In this document: piece by piece, positions 1 to 9,523 of the stretch
Layout: every line of letters begins with the position of its first letter
Position numbering within the stretch: the stretch's first letter is position 1
Assembly: GCA_045565515.1 (NCBI GenBank)
Contig: JBJLFF010000031.1
Coordinates: 15,972 to 79,971 of the forward strand
Reading direction: 5' to 3'
DNA length: 64,000 nt
From: Candidatus Puniceispirillales bacterium
GTDB lineage: Bacteria; Pseudomonadota; Alphaproteobacteria; Puniceispirillales; GCA-002684695
Position numbers and translations under genes: made by a program
Notes under the pieces: generated by a model
Database searches by the model: none
Told to the model about the DNA's origin: nothing
What the model saw: the letters and a program-made list of their open reading frames with translations, nothing else

Positions 1-53
1 CCCCTAATTTTATCAAAAACTGAACCAAGTTTTTGTGTAATGCTCTCTAACAA
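1..53 (-). CDS. ffh: signal recognition particle protein Ffh, first 17 codons only (gene runs off the left edge)
   Basis: Reverse complement of 1-53 reads TTG-L-E-S-I-T-Q-K-L-G-S-V-F-D-K-I-R-G, matching the conserved Ffh N-terminus pattern (MF.xL...L...F..LrG). AAGGA (61-65) lies 7 nt upstream of the TTG. Too short for the ORF track. Confidence 0.5.
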   Translation of the reverse strand, partial: MLESITQKLGSVFDKIR

Positions 54-105
54 ATATAATTCCTTTTCAAAACAATTTCTAAAAAATTATAACGATAATT
101 AAACC

Positions 106-141
106 AAAAAAACGCCCGTGCCTGAAACTCAGGGACGTGCG
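106..141 (-). terminator. intrinsic-terminator-like GC-rich hairpin followed by U7 (minus strand)
   Basis: 113-141 pairs as an 11-bp stem with two mismatches around a 3-nt loop. On the minus strand it is followed directly by seven U (A7 at 106-112). It is conspicuously GC-rich inside an AT-rich spacer. Confidence 0.5.
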
Positions 142-261
142 CGGCCCGTTAAGACCAAATTTTATATTACTATAAGATTGGTCTTTCTTTAGTCTATAAT
201 TTACAATTAGTCAATAATAGTATCGTTTAAACTTAACTCAATACTTAACTTTATCAACAAA

Positions 262-1113
262 ATGCAGTATATGGCTCGTATGGTTAACTTTATTAAAATG
301 CATGGAATTGGAAATGATTTCGTAATACTTGATTGCAGAGACGGCAAAAAGATTAGTCAGATTGCTGCTAAAGAAATTGCTGATAGAAAATTTGGTATTG
401 GGTGTGATCAAATAATCATTATCAAAAATCCAATTTATAACAATGATGTTTATTTAGAATTCAGAAATAGCGATGGATCGATTTCTTCTTCTTGTGGTAA
501 TGGAACTAGATGTGCGGCTAGGCTTATTTTTGATGAAAAATTAAAGGAAAAAATAACAATTGAAACAAAAGCTGGTGTTTTAGACGCCTGGATAGACAAA
601 AAATCAAATTTAATATCAGTTGATATGGGAAAACCTAATTTTCAATGGAATGAAATACCAATTTCTAAAAATTTGGATCATGAAAAAGTTAATTTAGGAG
701 AAAATGCACCAGGTAAAGCTTTCTGTTTGTCAATGGGAAATCCACACGCAGTTTTTTTTGTTGAAAACCTTGATAGTATTGATCTTTCTAAATTAGGTCC
801 TATTTTTGAAAATCATCCTCTTTTCCCTGAAAGAGCCAATATATCATTTGCTCATGTTTTAACTAAATCAAAAATTATAATGAAAGTTTGGGAGAGAGGT
901 GTAGGAATAACAAAAGCATGTGGAAGTGGAGCTTGTGCAGTTGCAGTGGCAGCAAATAAACTCTCTAAAATAGATACTTTTTGCGAAGTTATTCTTGATG
1001 GTGGGATATTAAATGTTAATTTGTCTAATAATGGTAATGTCCATTTAAAAGGGCCAATTGAAAGTTCCTTTCAAGGCACACTTGGACAGAGACTTGCAAA
1101 TTTAATTCAATAA
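262..1113 (+). CDS. dapF: diaminopimelate epimerase
   Basis: N-terminal KMHGIGNDFVILD plus both catalytic-Cys motifs (SSCGNGTRC and KACGSGACA); length about 280 aa. The start could be 262, 271 or 280 (three in-frame ATGs). Confidence 0.95.
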   Translation: MQYMARMVNFIKMHGIGNDFVILDCRDGKKISQIAAKEIADRKFGIGCDQIIIIKNPIYNNDVYLEFRNSDGSISSSCGNGTRCAARLIFDEKLKEKITIETKAGVLDAWIDKKSNLISVDMGKPNFQWNEIPISKNLDHEKVNLGENAPGKAFCLSMGNPHAVFFVENLDSIDLSKLGPIFENHPLFPERANISFAHVLTKSKIIMKVWERGVGITKACGSGACAVAVAANKLSKIDTFCEVILDGGILNVNLSNNGNVHLKGPIESSFQGTLGQRLANLIQ

Positions 1114-1131
1114 TAGACAATTTATCTTTTT

Positions 1132-2418
1132 ATGACCAAAAAAATTACAAAAAGTTTGGTAAAAACATTTGGTTGCAGACTAAATTTATTAGAGAGTGAA
1201 TTAATTGAACAAAATATTAATTCATCTCAAAATAAGACTTTAGTTGTAAATACTTGTGCTGTTACAAATGAGGCAGTAAAGCAAGCTAAACAATTTGTAA
1301 GAAAAACTTCTAGAGAAAACCCTGGTCTAAAAATAATAGCTACAGGATGTGCTGTTCAAACTAATTTTGAAGAATGGTCAAAAATGCCTGAAATTTTTAA
1401 GACAATAGGGAATACGGAGAAATTAAAAAAAGAAACATGGCAAAATCTAGGTAATAATAACTCTTTGGTTTCAGATATAATGATAGAAACAAAAGCCAAT
1501 CCTTTTTTTGTTTCTGGGTTTAAAGAAAGGACAAGGGCTTTTCTTCAAATTCAACAAGGATGTGATCATAGGTGTACATTTTGTATTATACCATTTGGAA
1601 GGGGAAATAGTAGAAGTGTTCCCGTTAATGAAGTAATAGATAATGCCCAAAAACTTATTGATTTTGGCCATAATGAAATAGTTTTAACAGGTGTTGATAT
1701 TACCAGTTGGGGTAAAGACCTTGAAAATCGTCCAAGTCTTGGTTCTTTAGTAAAATTAATTTTAAAAAAAGTTATAGGCCTCAAACGCCTAAGATTATCT
1801 AGTATAGACCCTGCAGAAATAGACTTTGATTTAATGGATGCTCTTTCCACACAAGAAAAATTAATGCCACATTTACATCTCTCTATCCAACATGGTAATG
1901 ATTTGATTTTGAAAAGGATGAAGCGTAGACATTTAGCAAGAGATGTAGTGAGGTTTGTTGAACAGGCGAGAAAGAATAGACCTGGTATTGTTCTAGGTGC
2001 AGATTTTATTTCTGGATTTCCGACTGAAAATTGTGAAGCTCACTTGTCATCATTAAAACTTATAAATGATCTTGAAATTTGTTGGGGTCACATCTTTCCT
2101 TATAGCCCAAGAAATGGTTCTCCAGCTGCTAAAATGCCACAAATTGAGTCTAAATTAAGAAAAGATAGAGCTAAAGAGCTTAGAATTGCGTGTAACAAAA
2201 ACTCCAAATCATGGATGAAAAGCCAAGTTGGTAGTATTGCAAATGTTTTAATGGAAAGTGGTAATTCTGGACGTTGTGAGTATTTTTCAACAGTCAAAAC
2301 AAACAGTATATTTCAAAGAGGAACAATCCAAAAGCTTAAAATTAATAAGATGAATAATGATTCCCTTCAAGGTGTATCAATTGAAAATCATCAAAAGGAA
2401 ATTTATGAATTGGTTTAA
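1132..2418 (+). CDS. mtaB: radical-SAM methylthiotransferase, MtaB-type (tRNA t6A37 methylthiotransferase)
   Basis: MTTase N-domain (FGCRLNLLESE), radical-SAM CxxxCxxC (CDHRCTFCIIP), C-terminal TRAM-like region. The size of about 430 aa and the dapF-mtaB-ftsY context fit MtaB rather than MiaB/RimO. Confidence 0.85.
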   Translation: MTKKITKSLVKTFGCRLNLLESELIEQNINSSQNKTLVVNTCAVTNEAVKQAKQFVRKTSRENPGLKIIATGCAVQTNFEEWSKMPEIFKTIGNTEKLKKETWQNLGNNNSLVSDIMIETKANPFFVSGFKERTRAFLQIQQGCDHRCTFCIIPFGRGNSRSVPVNEVIDNAQKLIDFGHNEIVLTGVDITSWGKDLENRPSLGSLVKLILKKVIGLKRLRLSSIDPAEIDFDLMDALSTQEKLMPHLHLSIQHGNDLILKRMKRRHLARDVVRFVEQARKNRPGIVLGADFISGFPTENCEAHLSSLKLINDLEICWGHIFPYSPRNGSPAAKMPQIESKLRKDRAKELRIACNKNSKSWMKSQVGSIANVLMESGNSGRCEYFSTVKTNSIFQRGTIQKLKINKMNNDSLQGVSIENHQKEIYELV

Positions 2419-3325
2419 AAGACTTACAGGTGGGCTCAATAAAACAGCATCTGGGATTAAAAATAGTATTGGGAGTATTTTTAAAGGAAATAAACTTGAT
2501 GTAAGTAAGTTAGAAGATCTGGAGGATCAATTAATCTCTTGTGACATAGGCATCGATGTATCAGAGAAGCTTGTTAGTCAACTGAAGTCTGAAAAACTTA
2601 ATTCTGATGCATCTGAAGATGAAATTTTACTCAAATTATCTTCAGGTATTAATAAAATTTTGTCACCAGTTTCAAAACCTCTTGAAATTAATGAAAATTT
2701 TAAACCGCACGTAATTGTTTTGGTAGGTGTAAACGGAACAGGTAAAACAACAACGGCAGGAAAAATGGCAGCTCAATTTAAAGACCAAGGTAAAACTGTT
2801 TTACTTGCTGCTTGTGATACATTTAGAGCAGCTGCAATTGAACAATTAGAGGTTTGGGCGAGTAGGGCAGAGGTTGAAATTATTTCTGGAGAACAAGGGA
2901 GTGATCCTGCTTCTTTAGCATATAAATCGTTAGTTAAAGCAATAGATGAAAGAATTGATGTATTAATCATTGATACTGCTGGTAGATTACAAGTTAAAAA
3001 TGAACTCATGGAAGAGTTGAAGAAAATAACAAGAGTTTTAGGTAAAAAACTTGAAGGAAGTCCTCATGAAAGAATAATTGTATTGGATGGTGCAACTGGT
3101 CAAAATGCTCATTCCCAAGTTGCTGAATTTAGTAAAGCAGTGGATATTTCTGGTTTAATTATTACAAAATTAGACGGTTCTGCAAAAGGTGGCATTGTAG
3201 TGTCACTTGCCGACAAATTTACAATTCCAATACACTATGTTGGTGTTGGTGAGAGTTTAGAGGATCTTGACCAATTTGACGCACAGGAGTACTCAAGAGC
3301 AATTGTTGGATTAGAAAAAAATTAA
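2405..3325 (+). CDS. ftsY: signal recognition particle receptor FtsY
   Basis: SRP-GTPase motifs GVNGTGKTTT, DTAGR, TKLDG. I place the start at ATG 2405 (MNWFKRL...), overlapping the mtaB stop by 14 nt, instead of the ORF-track 2357. Confidence 0.9.
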   Translation: MNWFKRLTGGLNKTASGIKNSIGSIFKGNKLDVSKLEDLEDQLISCDIGIDVSEKLVSQLKSEKLNSDASEDEILLKLSSGINKILSPVSKPLEINENFKPHVIVLVGVNGTGKTTTAGKMAAQFKDQGKTVLLAACDTFRAAAIEQLEVWASRAEVEIISGEQGSDPASLAYKSLVKAIDERIDVLIIDTAGRLQVKNELMEELKKITRVLGKKLEGSPHERIIVLDGATGQNAHSQVAEFSKAVDISGLIITKLDGSAKGGIVVSLADKFTIPIHYVGVGESLEDLDQFDAQEYSRAIVGLEKN

Positions 3326-3331
3326 AAAAAT

Positions 3332-4123
3332 TTAATCCTTTAAATCAATTTCAATTACAATTGGAACATGGTCTGATGGTTTTCCCCACCCTCTTGCATC
3401 TTTAATAATTTTGATATTTTTAACATTATTAAAAAGTCTATTAGTTGCCCAAATATGATCTAACCTTCTCCCTCGATTTCCTAACTGCCAATCTTTTGAT
3501 CGATAAGACCACCAAGAAAAAACTTTTTCAGGTACTGGAAAATAACTTCTAATTACATCATAAAAATTTCCAGAAACCATTACATCTTCTAATAATTCAA
3601 CTTCTTCAGGAGTATGGCTAACTACATTCAACAGTTGCTTATGAGACCATACATCATCAGGTAAGGGAGCTATGTTTAAGTCTCCTAAAAGTATTTCTTT
3701 TCTTTCATTTGGTTTGTTTTTTAGCCATTTCTTGATTTCCAATAAAAATAATATTTTGTGTAAAAATTTTTTATTAGTTTTTGTGTTTGGAATGTCTCCA
3801 CCAGCTGGTACATAAAAATTATGTATCTCTAAATCATTTAATTTGATAAAAATATGTCTGCAGTCTTCACTTTGAACCCAATTTCTATACCCACAATTGT
3901 CAAATTTAATTTTTGATATGCAAGCAACTCCATTATAAGATTTTTCACCCCTAAAAAATAAATATTTATATCCAAGATCATGAAAAGATTGTGATGGAAA
4001 AATTTTATCTTCAATTTTTGTCTCTTGCAAAAATATAATATCTGGTTCTTCATCATTTATTAGTTTCTTTATTAAATCAAACCTTGCCCTTATTCCATTG
4101 CAATTCCAAGTTACTATTTTCAT
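3332..4123 (-). CDS. xthA: exodeoxyribonuclease III
   Basis: MKIVTWNCNGIRAR N-terminus, LQETK, and C-terminal SDHVPI, all typical of the ExoIII/APE1 EEP family; 263 aa. Confidence 0.9.
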   Translation of the reverse strand: MKIVTWNCNGIRARFDLIKKLINDEEPDIIFLQETKIEDKIFPSQSFHDLGYKYLFFRGEKSYNGVACISKIKFDNCGYRNWVQSEDCRHIFIKLNDLEIHNFYVPAGGDIPNTKTNKKFLHKILFLLEIKKWLKNKPNERKEILLGDLNIAPLPDDVWSHKQLLNVVSHTPEEVELLEDVMVSGNFYDVIRSYFPVPEKVFSWWSYRSKDWQLGNRGRRLDHIWATNRLFNNVKNIKIIKDARGWGKPSDHVPIVIEIDLKD

Positions 4124-4165
4124 TTCTAAATTATCTCTATTTTAAAATAAGTTATTAATTTAGTA

Positions 4166-4756
4166 CTAGTTGGTATTAATGGGTACACCACGAAATGTGC
4201 TTGCAGGAAGGTCAACACCAAATTTATGATTTTGTAAAGTAACAACTATTTCTGTGCCAATTTGATCAATAATAATCCATCTTCTTAATTGAAAGGGGTT
4301 AGTAGAAAAATCTAATTGAAGAAATCCCCCATTCTCTTCATTAGAAACTATTTTTATTTCTAAAATACCGTTTTTTGTTCTTGATAAGGTCTGAAACCCT
4401 TCAGGACTTAATGAAACATTATCGGACAAAAATCTTGAAAATGGTGTTTGATACAAGGGGTAATTATTACTTGTATTTTCAATTAAATCTTGAACAATAA
4501 CCCAGTTGCCTCTTCCTACAATAAGAAGTGGAGAAGGGGGAGAATATTCAAATCTAAAGCCGTGATTTTTCTTTATAAATATTTTACCCTCTGCTGAACC
4601 TCCATCTGATGAAACCTGTATAAAATCTGCTGTCATTGAAGTAATATTATTTAACCATTTTTCAGCTTTGAATATTTCCTCATTCGAAAAACTATTTATT
4701 GGGTTTATTAAAATTAGAAAAAGAAAAACTATTATTTTAAGTTTAACGCTCATCAA
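4166..4756 (-). CDS. lolA: outer-membrane lipoprotein carrier protein LolA
   Basis: Signal peptide followed by the LolA-like pattern (...ADFIQ... GKIFIKKNHGFRFEY.P.P.LIV..G..V.V.D); located directly downstream of ftsK as in many proteobacteria. Confidence 0.75.
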   Translation of the reverse strand: MMSVKLKIIVFLFLILINPINSFSNEEIFKAEKWLNNITSMTADFIQVSSDGGSAEGKIFIKKNHGFRFEYSPPSPLLIVGRGNWVIVQDLIENTSNNYPLYQTPFSRFLSDNVSLSPEGFQTLSRTKNGILEIKIVSNEENGGFLQLDFSTNPFQLRRWIIIDQIGTEIVVTLQNHKFGVDLPASTFRGVPINTN

Positions 4757-6371
4757 TTAATACTTCTCTTTTTCCAACGTGGTTTGAGCTGCTAACCACT
4801 CCTTCAGATTCCATTTTTTCAATTATTGTAGCAGCTCTATTATAACCAATTTTGAGATGTCTTTGAATAAAACTCGTGCTTGCTTTTCTTTCTCTCGCAA
4901 CTAAAGCAACGGCTTGATCATACAAATCGTCACCGCTATTGGCTTTAAACTCACCTAGATCAGTATTATTTTCTTCTCGTTCAACAACAACTTCATCGTC
5001 ATACTCTGGGTCACCTTGTTGTTTCAAGAAGTTGACAACACTTTCTACTTCCTCATCTGACACGAATGGTCCATGGATACGTGTAATTCTTCCCCCACCC
5101 TCCATGAAAAGCATATCACCTTTTCCTAAAAGCTGTTCACCGCCTTGCTCCCCTAAAATTGTGCGGCTATCAATTTTTGATGAAACTTGGAATGATATTC
5201 TGGTTGGGAAATTAGCTTTTATTGTTCCAGTTATAACATCAACTGATGGTCTTTGAGTTGCCATAATTACATGTATTCCAGCAGCTCTTGCCATTTGAGC
5301 AAGTCTTTGAACTGCAGCCTCAATATCTTTTCCAGCTACAAGCATAAGGTCTGCAACTTCATCGATTACAACAACTATCATTGGAAGAGGAATTAAACTT
5401 ATATCTTGATCTTCATAAACAGGTTTACCTGTTTCTGAATCAAATCCAGTTTGAACTCTGTGAGACAATGTTTCTCCACTCGCTTTAGCCTGAGATAGTC
5501 TTTTGTTATAACCAGTTATATTTCTTACACCTAGTTTTGACATTAATTTGTAACGTTCTTCCATTTCTCTGACTGCCCATTTAAGAGCCATAACTGCTTT
5601 AGGTGGTTCAGTAACTACTGGAGTTAGCAAATGAGGTATTCCATCGTAAACAGATAACTCTAACATTTTAGGGTCTACTAGTATTAGTCTACATGTTTCA
5701 GGTGTGTGCTTGTAAAGAATAGATAAAATCATACCGTTAACAGCAACAGACTTTCCAGATCCTGTTGTTCCTGCAACTAGTAAATGTGGCATTGCAGATA
5801 AATCCCTAACAATAGGCTGACCTGCAATATCTTTTCCTAAAGCAACTGGTATATTAGATTTAGTTTCATGCCATTTATCACTCTCAAATATCTCTCTTAA
5901 CAAAACAGTTTCTCTATCTAAATTTGGTAATTCAACACCTATAACATTTTGCCCAGGTACCACTGCTACTCTTACAGAAATAGCACTCATAGATCTCGCG
6001 ATATCATCTGCTAAACTAACAACTCTAGATGTTTTCGTTCCAGGCGAGGGATTTAGATCATATCTTGTAACAACTGGCCCAGTTAAGGCTGTAGCAATAT
6101 CTCCTTTAATTCCAAAATCATCTAATACGTTTTCTAGCATTCTGGAATTTGAATTAAGAACATCATCTGAGGGGCCAGCCAACCCCTCAACGGGAGGATA
6201 TAATAAATCTACAGAAGGTAAATTATATCCATTTGAAGTTTCTAAATTTAAAGAAGTTTGCCTTGGTTTTTTTCTATCAGTAGATCTAATGTTATTTATA
6301 CTCTTCCTTTTATTTCCAATTGAAGGTTCAATTCTTCTTGAACGTTTAGCTGAGTTTTTTTGCTTGGGCAT
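4743..6371 (-). CDS. ftsK: DNA translocase FtsK, linker plus motor plus gamma domain (C-terminal fragment of a frame-interrupted gene)
   Basis: Walker A GTTGSGKS, Walker B VVVIDE, RAAGIHVIMATQRP, and C-terminal winged-helix gamma domain (SFIQRHLKIGYNRAATIIEKME). It lacks its own membrane anchor; the reading frame joins 6346-7038 if one A of the A7 run at 6355-6361 is removed. Confidence 0.9.
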   Translation of the reverse strand: MPKQKNSAKRSRRIEPSIGNKRKSINNIRSTDRKKPRQTSLNLETSNGYNLPSVDLLYPPVEGLAGPSDDVLNSNSRMLENVLDDFGIKGDIATALTGPVVTRYDLNPSPGTKTSRVVSLADDIARSMSAISVRVAVVPGQNVIGVELPNLDRETVLLREIFESDKWHETKSNIPVALGKDIAGQPIVRDLSAMPHLLVAGTTGSGKSVAVNGMILSILYKHTPETCRLILVDPKMLELSVYDGIPHLLTPVVTEPPKAVMALKWAVREMEERYKLMSKLGVRNITGYNKRLSQAKASGETLSHRVQTGFDSETGKPVYEDQDISLIPLPMIVVVIDEVADLMLVAGKDIEAAVQRLAQMARAAGIHVIMATQRPSVDVITGTIKANFPTRISFQVSSKIDSRTILGEQGGEQLLGKGDMLFMEGGGRITRIHGPFVSDEEVESVVNFLKQQGDPEYDDEVVVEREENNTDLGEFKANSGDDLYDQAVALVARERKASTSFIQRHLKIGYNRAATIIEKMESEGVVSSSNHVGKREVLIDER

Positions 6372-7038
6372 TTTGTTTTAAAGACTTAAATAAAAAACCA
6401 ATAAGGTACTTTATAAATTTAATTATTGGTAAAATTATAAATTTTAGAAATCCTATTTCTTTTTTAGAAGCAGTACAAGACCATAAGAAAATTGGTAAAC
6501 TTATAAAAAGTGCAAGAATTAAAAATGGCCAATTACCACCTCGTAAATAACCAAATGCCCAACCATCATACAGTTTTGGTATAAATAAACTTATTAAGTG
6601 ACCAACTGCTCCACCCATTCCCTCTGGTAAAATTACTGCTTTTTGTGGAAAAATTGATAAAAATAAAGACAAGAGAATTATTGATGGAATCAATAAAATA
6701 ATTCTTATTCGCTTCTTATGTATATGTTCATTTCGTAAAAACTTAAAGCCCCAGAAATATCCAAAAATACATATAAATACACTTCCAGCACCAAATAAAT
6801 GAAGCAATACTCCCGATATATTAGAGCCATAATTCCCTAATATATTTACTGTTTCTTTAGTGGAAGATTTAAAATAGTATATAGGGTCACTAGGATCAAA
6901 ACTCCAAAATGAAACTATAATTGAAGTTATAAAGATTATTATTGTCAGTCCAAAAATTTCATTTAAGCGCGATTTAAAGAATTCTCTAAACCCTTTTGGT
7001 AAAAAAGTAGAACCATTTCTTGTATTAGCATCATTCAT
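6346..7038 (-). CDS. ftsK: FtsK N-terminal membrane domain (N-terminal fragment of the frame-interrupted ftsK)
   Basis: About 230 aa with several hydrophobic helices and an FtsK-like N-terminus (LNEIFGLTIIIFITSIIVSFWSFDPSDP). It ends within the A7 tract region and overlaps the next fragment by 26 nt in a different frame. Confidence 0.7.
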   Translation of the reverse strand: MNDANTRNGSTFLPKGFREFFKSRLNEIFGLTIIIFITSIIVSFWSFDPSDPIYYFKSSTKETVNILGNYGSNISGVLLHLFGAGSVFICIFGYFWGFKFLRNEHIHKKRIRIILLIPSIILLSLFLSIFPQKAVILPEGMGGAVGHLISLFIPKLYDGWAFGYLRGGNWPFLILALFISLPIFLWSCTASKKEIGFLKFIILPIIKFIKYLIGFLFKSLKQNAQAKKLS

Positions 7039-8222
7039 TGTAATTCTTGAAGTCCTTTAGAAATTTTTTGCAGACCCTTTTTAGTAATAGTTTCATCATT
7101 AACTAATGCAATTCTTAAATAGTTTCTACCAGGATTAATGCCGTTATCTGTATGTGCCATAAAGCGTCCTGGCATAACTTTAACTCCGTGATTTTCCCAC
7201 AAATGTTTCGTAGCTATTAGGTCATCATTTACAGGTATAAAGTTAAAAAACCCACCCTGAGGTTTTTTAGTATTAAGTATTTTTTCTGAAAGTTGAAAGT
7301 TAACATCATAAAAGCTTCTAATTTGTTCAACATGTTTATCATCATTATAAAGTGCTTGAGCCACTCTCAATTGCGGTTCAGAAATTGCAACCCCTCCATT
7401 AGATGTTAACTGTCTGTATTTTGATATCACTTCTTTATCACCGGCTATAAATCCTGCTCTTAAACCAGCAGCTGATGACCGCTTAGAAAGTGAATGAAAA
7501 ATAATAACACCCTTGCTGCCTTCCCCTATCTTATCTAAAGCCTCTACAGTTCCTGAAGGAGGCATGCCATCTTCTCTGTAAATATCTGCATAACATTCAT
7601 CTACACATAACAATATGTCATATTTTCGACATTGATTGATTGTTTTTATCAGCCAATCAATAGACGCACAGCTTCCATGAGGGTTTGATGGAGAAGCTAC
7701 GTACATAATAGAGCTTCTTCTTAAAATACTACTTTCTATATTTTGTGTTTCTGGAAGCCAATTTGTTTCAGAAGTTGCATTCATCCATACAATTTTTTTA
7801 TTGGCAGCAACACCGCCAGCCCGCCATGCGTGATAGAACGGATTAGTGACCAAGCTAATGTCTTTGTTTTTGTTACCATCCTTTAAAAGTAAACCTATTT
7901 GAAATAGTGGTGTCCTTGTGCCGGGGACAGGATTTATCTCATCATCTACGTCAAAAAATTCTGGTGCGTTAGGATACCTTTTTGAAAGATACTCAGCAAC
8001 ACTTTCTCTAAAGTATCTTGTACCATTACTAGGTGTATATTTTCTCCAGTCTTTGTAATATTCATTAAATACATCTTTAAGAATTTCTGGAGGAGGTGTT
8101 TTTGGTTCACCAATTGTTAAAAGTATTGGATCTAAATTTTTTGGTGGATTAGATCCAGACAATAAATTTGATAACTTTCCAAACATCCAGTCATCAAAAA
8201 TTGAAAATTTGGGATTAAACAT
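7035..8222 (-). CDS. class I/II PLP-dependent aminotransferase (succinyldiaminopimelate-aminotransferase-like)
   Basis: 395 aa with the PLP-lysine motif SLSKRSSAAGLRAGF characteristic of fold-type I aminotransferases of the DapC-like group. ATGA overlap with the ftsK start (7035-7038). Confidence 0.8.
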   Translation of the reverse strand: MFNPKFSIFDDWMFGKLSNLLSGSNPPKNLDPILLTIGEPKTPPPEILKDVFNEYYKDWRKYTPSNGTRYFRESVAEYLSKRYPNAPEFFDVDDEINPVPGTRTPLFQIGLLLKDGNKNKDISLVTNPFYHAWRAGGVAANKKIVWMNATSETNWLPETQNIESSILRRSSIMYVASPSNPHGSCASIDWLIKTINQCRKYDILLCVDECYADIYREDGMPPSGTVEALDKIGEGSKGVIIFHSLSKRSSAAGLRAGFIAGDKEVISKYRQLTSNGGVAISEPQLRVAQALYNDDKHVEQIRSFYDVNFQLSEKILNTKKPQGGFFNFIPVNDDLIATKHLWENHGVKVMPGRFMAHTDNGINPGRNYLRIALVNDETITKKGLQKISKGLQELQ

Positions 8223-8338
8223 TTTTTTCCTACATGCTGAGGTTACTTTTTTATAATATAACTCTTTAAAAAGTAGTACTAGTTTAAATGGTATTAAGTA
8301 TATTTAAAAACAATATTTTATAACTAACTTACTATTAT

Positions 8339-9523
8339 ATGATAAAAGAAAATAAAATTTATAATATAGTAATTTACGGTAATGGTCTATCAGCGAAAAC
8401 AGCGGTAGCATCTTTTTCGCATCAAGGTTTCAAACCCATTTGGGTAAATAGTATTAAAAAAGAAAAGTATGAAGATGACAGAACCACAATGTTATCACCT
8501 AAGTCTATTGAATTTTATCGTAAGCTAAATTTAGATAAACTTTCTAAAGATATTTTTCCAACTAATAAAATTCTAATAAAAACTAAAAACCAAAAAGTTT
8601 ATACAACTTTTGAAGACAATCAACTTCAAAAACCGCTTTGTTATTTAGTAGAAAATAAAATATTACATAAAGATTTGGACGCGTTAATTGCAACACAAAA
8701 AAAAGAAAAAATAGTTTTAGAATTCAACGACGAGATTGATAAACTTCAAAATAATCAAAACTATAATGAAATTTTCCTTAAATCAGGAGTTACTTTACGT
8801 TCTTCTTTAGTTGTTGGTTTAGATGGAGCAAATTCTTTAATAAGAGAGTTATCAGGTATCAAATCAAAAAATTATGGTATAAAAAAATATGGTTTGGTAG
8901 GACTAATAGAGCATGAAATGAGGCATCCGTTCACTTCATGGCAAGTATTTTCCAAAAATGGAATTTTAGCATTATTGGCAAAAGAGAATAAATCAAAAAA
9001 CCGAAGTGTTTCTTCAATGATATGGTCATTAGATAAAGAACAAATGAATTATCTTTTAAATTTAGAAACTAAAGACTTTGAAAAACAAATTGAAAATGAA
9101 ATTGGGTCAGATCTGGGGAAATTAAATTTGGTATCAAAATTAAGTAAATGGCCAATAAATAGAATGGATGTCTCAGATCCTACAAGCTTAAGAACTGTTG
9201 TTTTGGGAGACGCATCTCATTCTATTTACCCTTTGGCAGGTCAAGGTTTTAACCTTGGAGTAGGTGATATTATTCAACTACTAGAAACTCTTGATTGGGC
9301 AAGATGCCATGGTATGGATTTTGGGACTAGTATTGTTCTTAATAAATATAAAGATAAAAGAAAATTCTGGGTTAATTCAGTAACGAGATTAACCGATGGT
9401 CTTGACTGGTTCTTTTCAAATACAACTCCTCAAATGCAAAATAAATTTGGAATGTCTTTAGAGATATTAGAAAAGTTAGAACCTTTAAAACAAAAATTAA
9501 TAAACTTAATGAGAGAAAACTAA
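8339..9523 (+). CDS. UbiH/UbiF/VisC/COQ6-family FAD-dependent monooxygenase (ubiquinone biosynthesis hydroxylase type)
   Basis: N-terminal dinucleotide-binding fold (IVIYGNGLSA), GLDGANSLIRE and GDASHSIYPLAGQGFNLGVGD motifs typical of this flavin hydroxylase family. Confidence 0.8.
   Translation: MIKENKIYNIVIYGNGLSAKTAVASFSHQGFKPIWVNSIKKEKYEDDRTTMLSPKSIEFYRKLNLDKLSKDIFPTNKILIKTKNQKVYTTFEDNQLQKPLCYLVENKILHKDLDALIATQKKEKIVLEFNDEIDKLQNNQNYNEIFLKSGVTLRSSLVVGLDGANSLIRELSGIKSKNYGIKKYGLVGLIEHEMRHPFTSWQVFSKNGILALLAKENKSKNRSVSSMIWSLDKEQMNYLLNLETKDFEKQIENEIGSDLGKLNLVSKLSKWPINRMDVSDPTSLRTVVLGDASHSIYPLAGQGFNLGVGDIIQLLETLDWARCHGMDFGTSIVLNKYKDKRKFWVNSVTRLTDGLDWFFSNTTPQMQNKFGMSLEILEKLEPLKQKLINLMREN

Noticed and set aside
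90-260. Possibility that the structured element next to ffh is the SRP (4.5S) RNA gene
   Set aside because: Neither strand shows the conserved helix-8 features (GNRA/GGAA tetraloop flanked by the AGCAGC / GGUCAGG-type symmetric-loop sequences). The hairpin loop here is only AAC/GUU. I kept it as an unassigned element instead.
6355-6361. Programmed -1 ribosomal frameshift on the A-AAA-AAA heptamer in ftsK
   Set aside because: The downstream motor ORF is in the +1 frame (equivalent to -2) relative to the upstream ORF. A -1 slip on this heptamer would therefore enter the wrong frame. A single-base indel explains it more simply.
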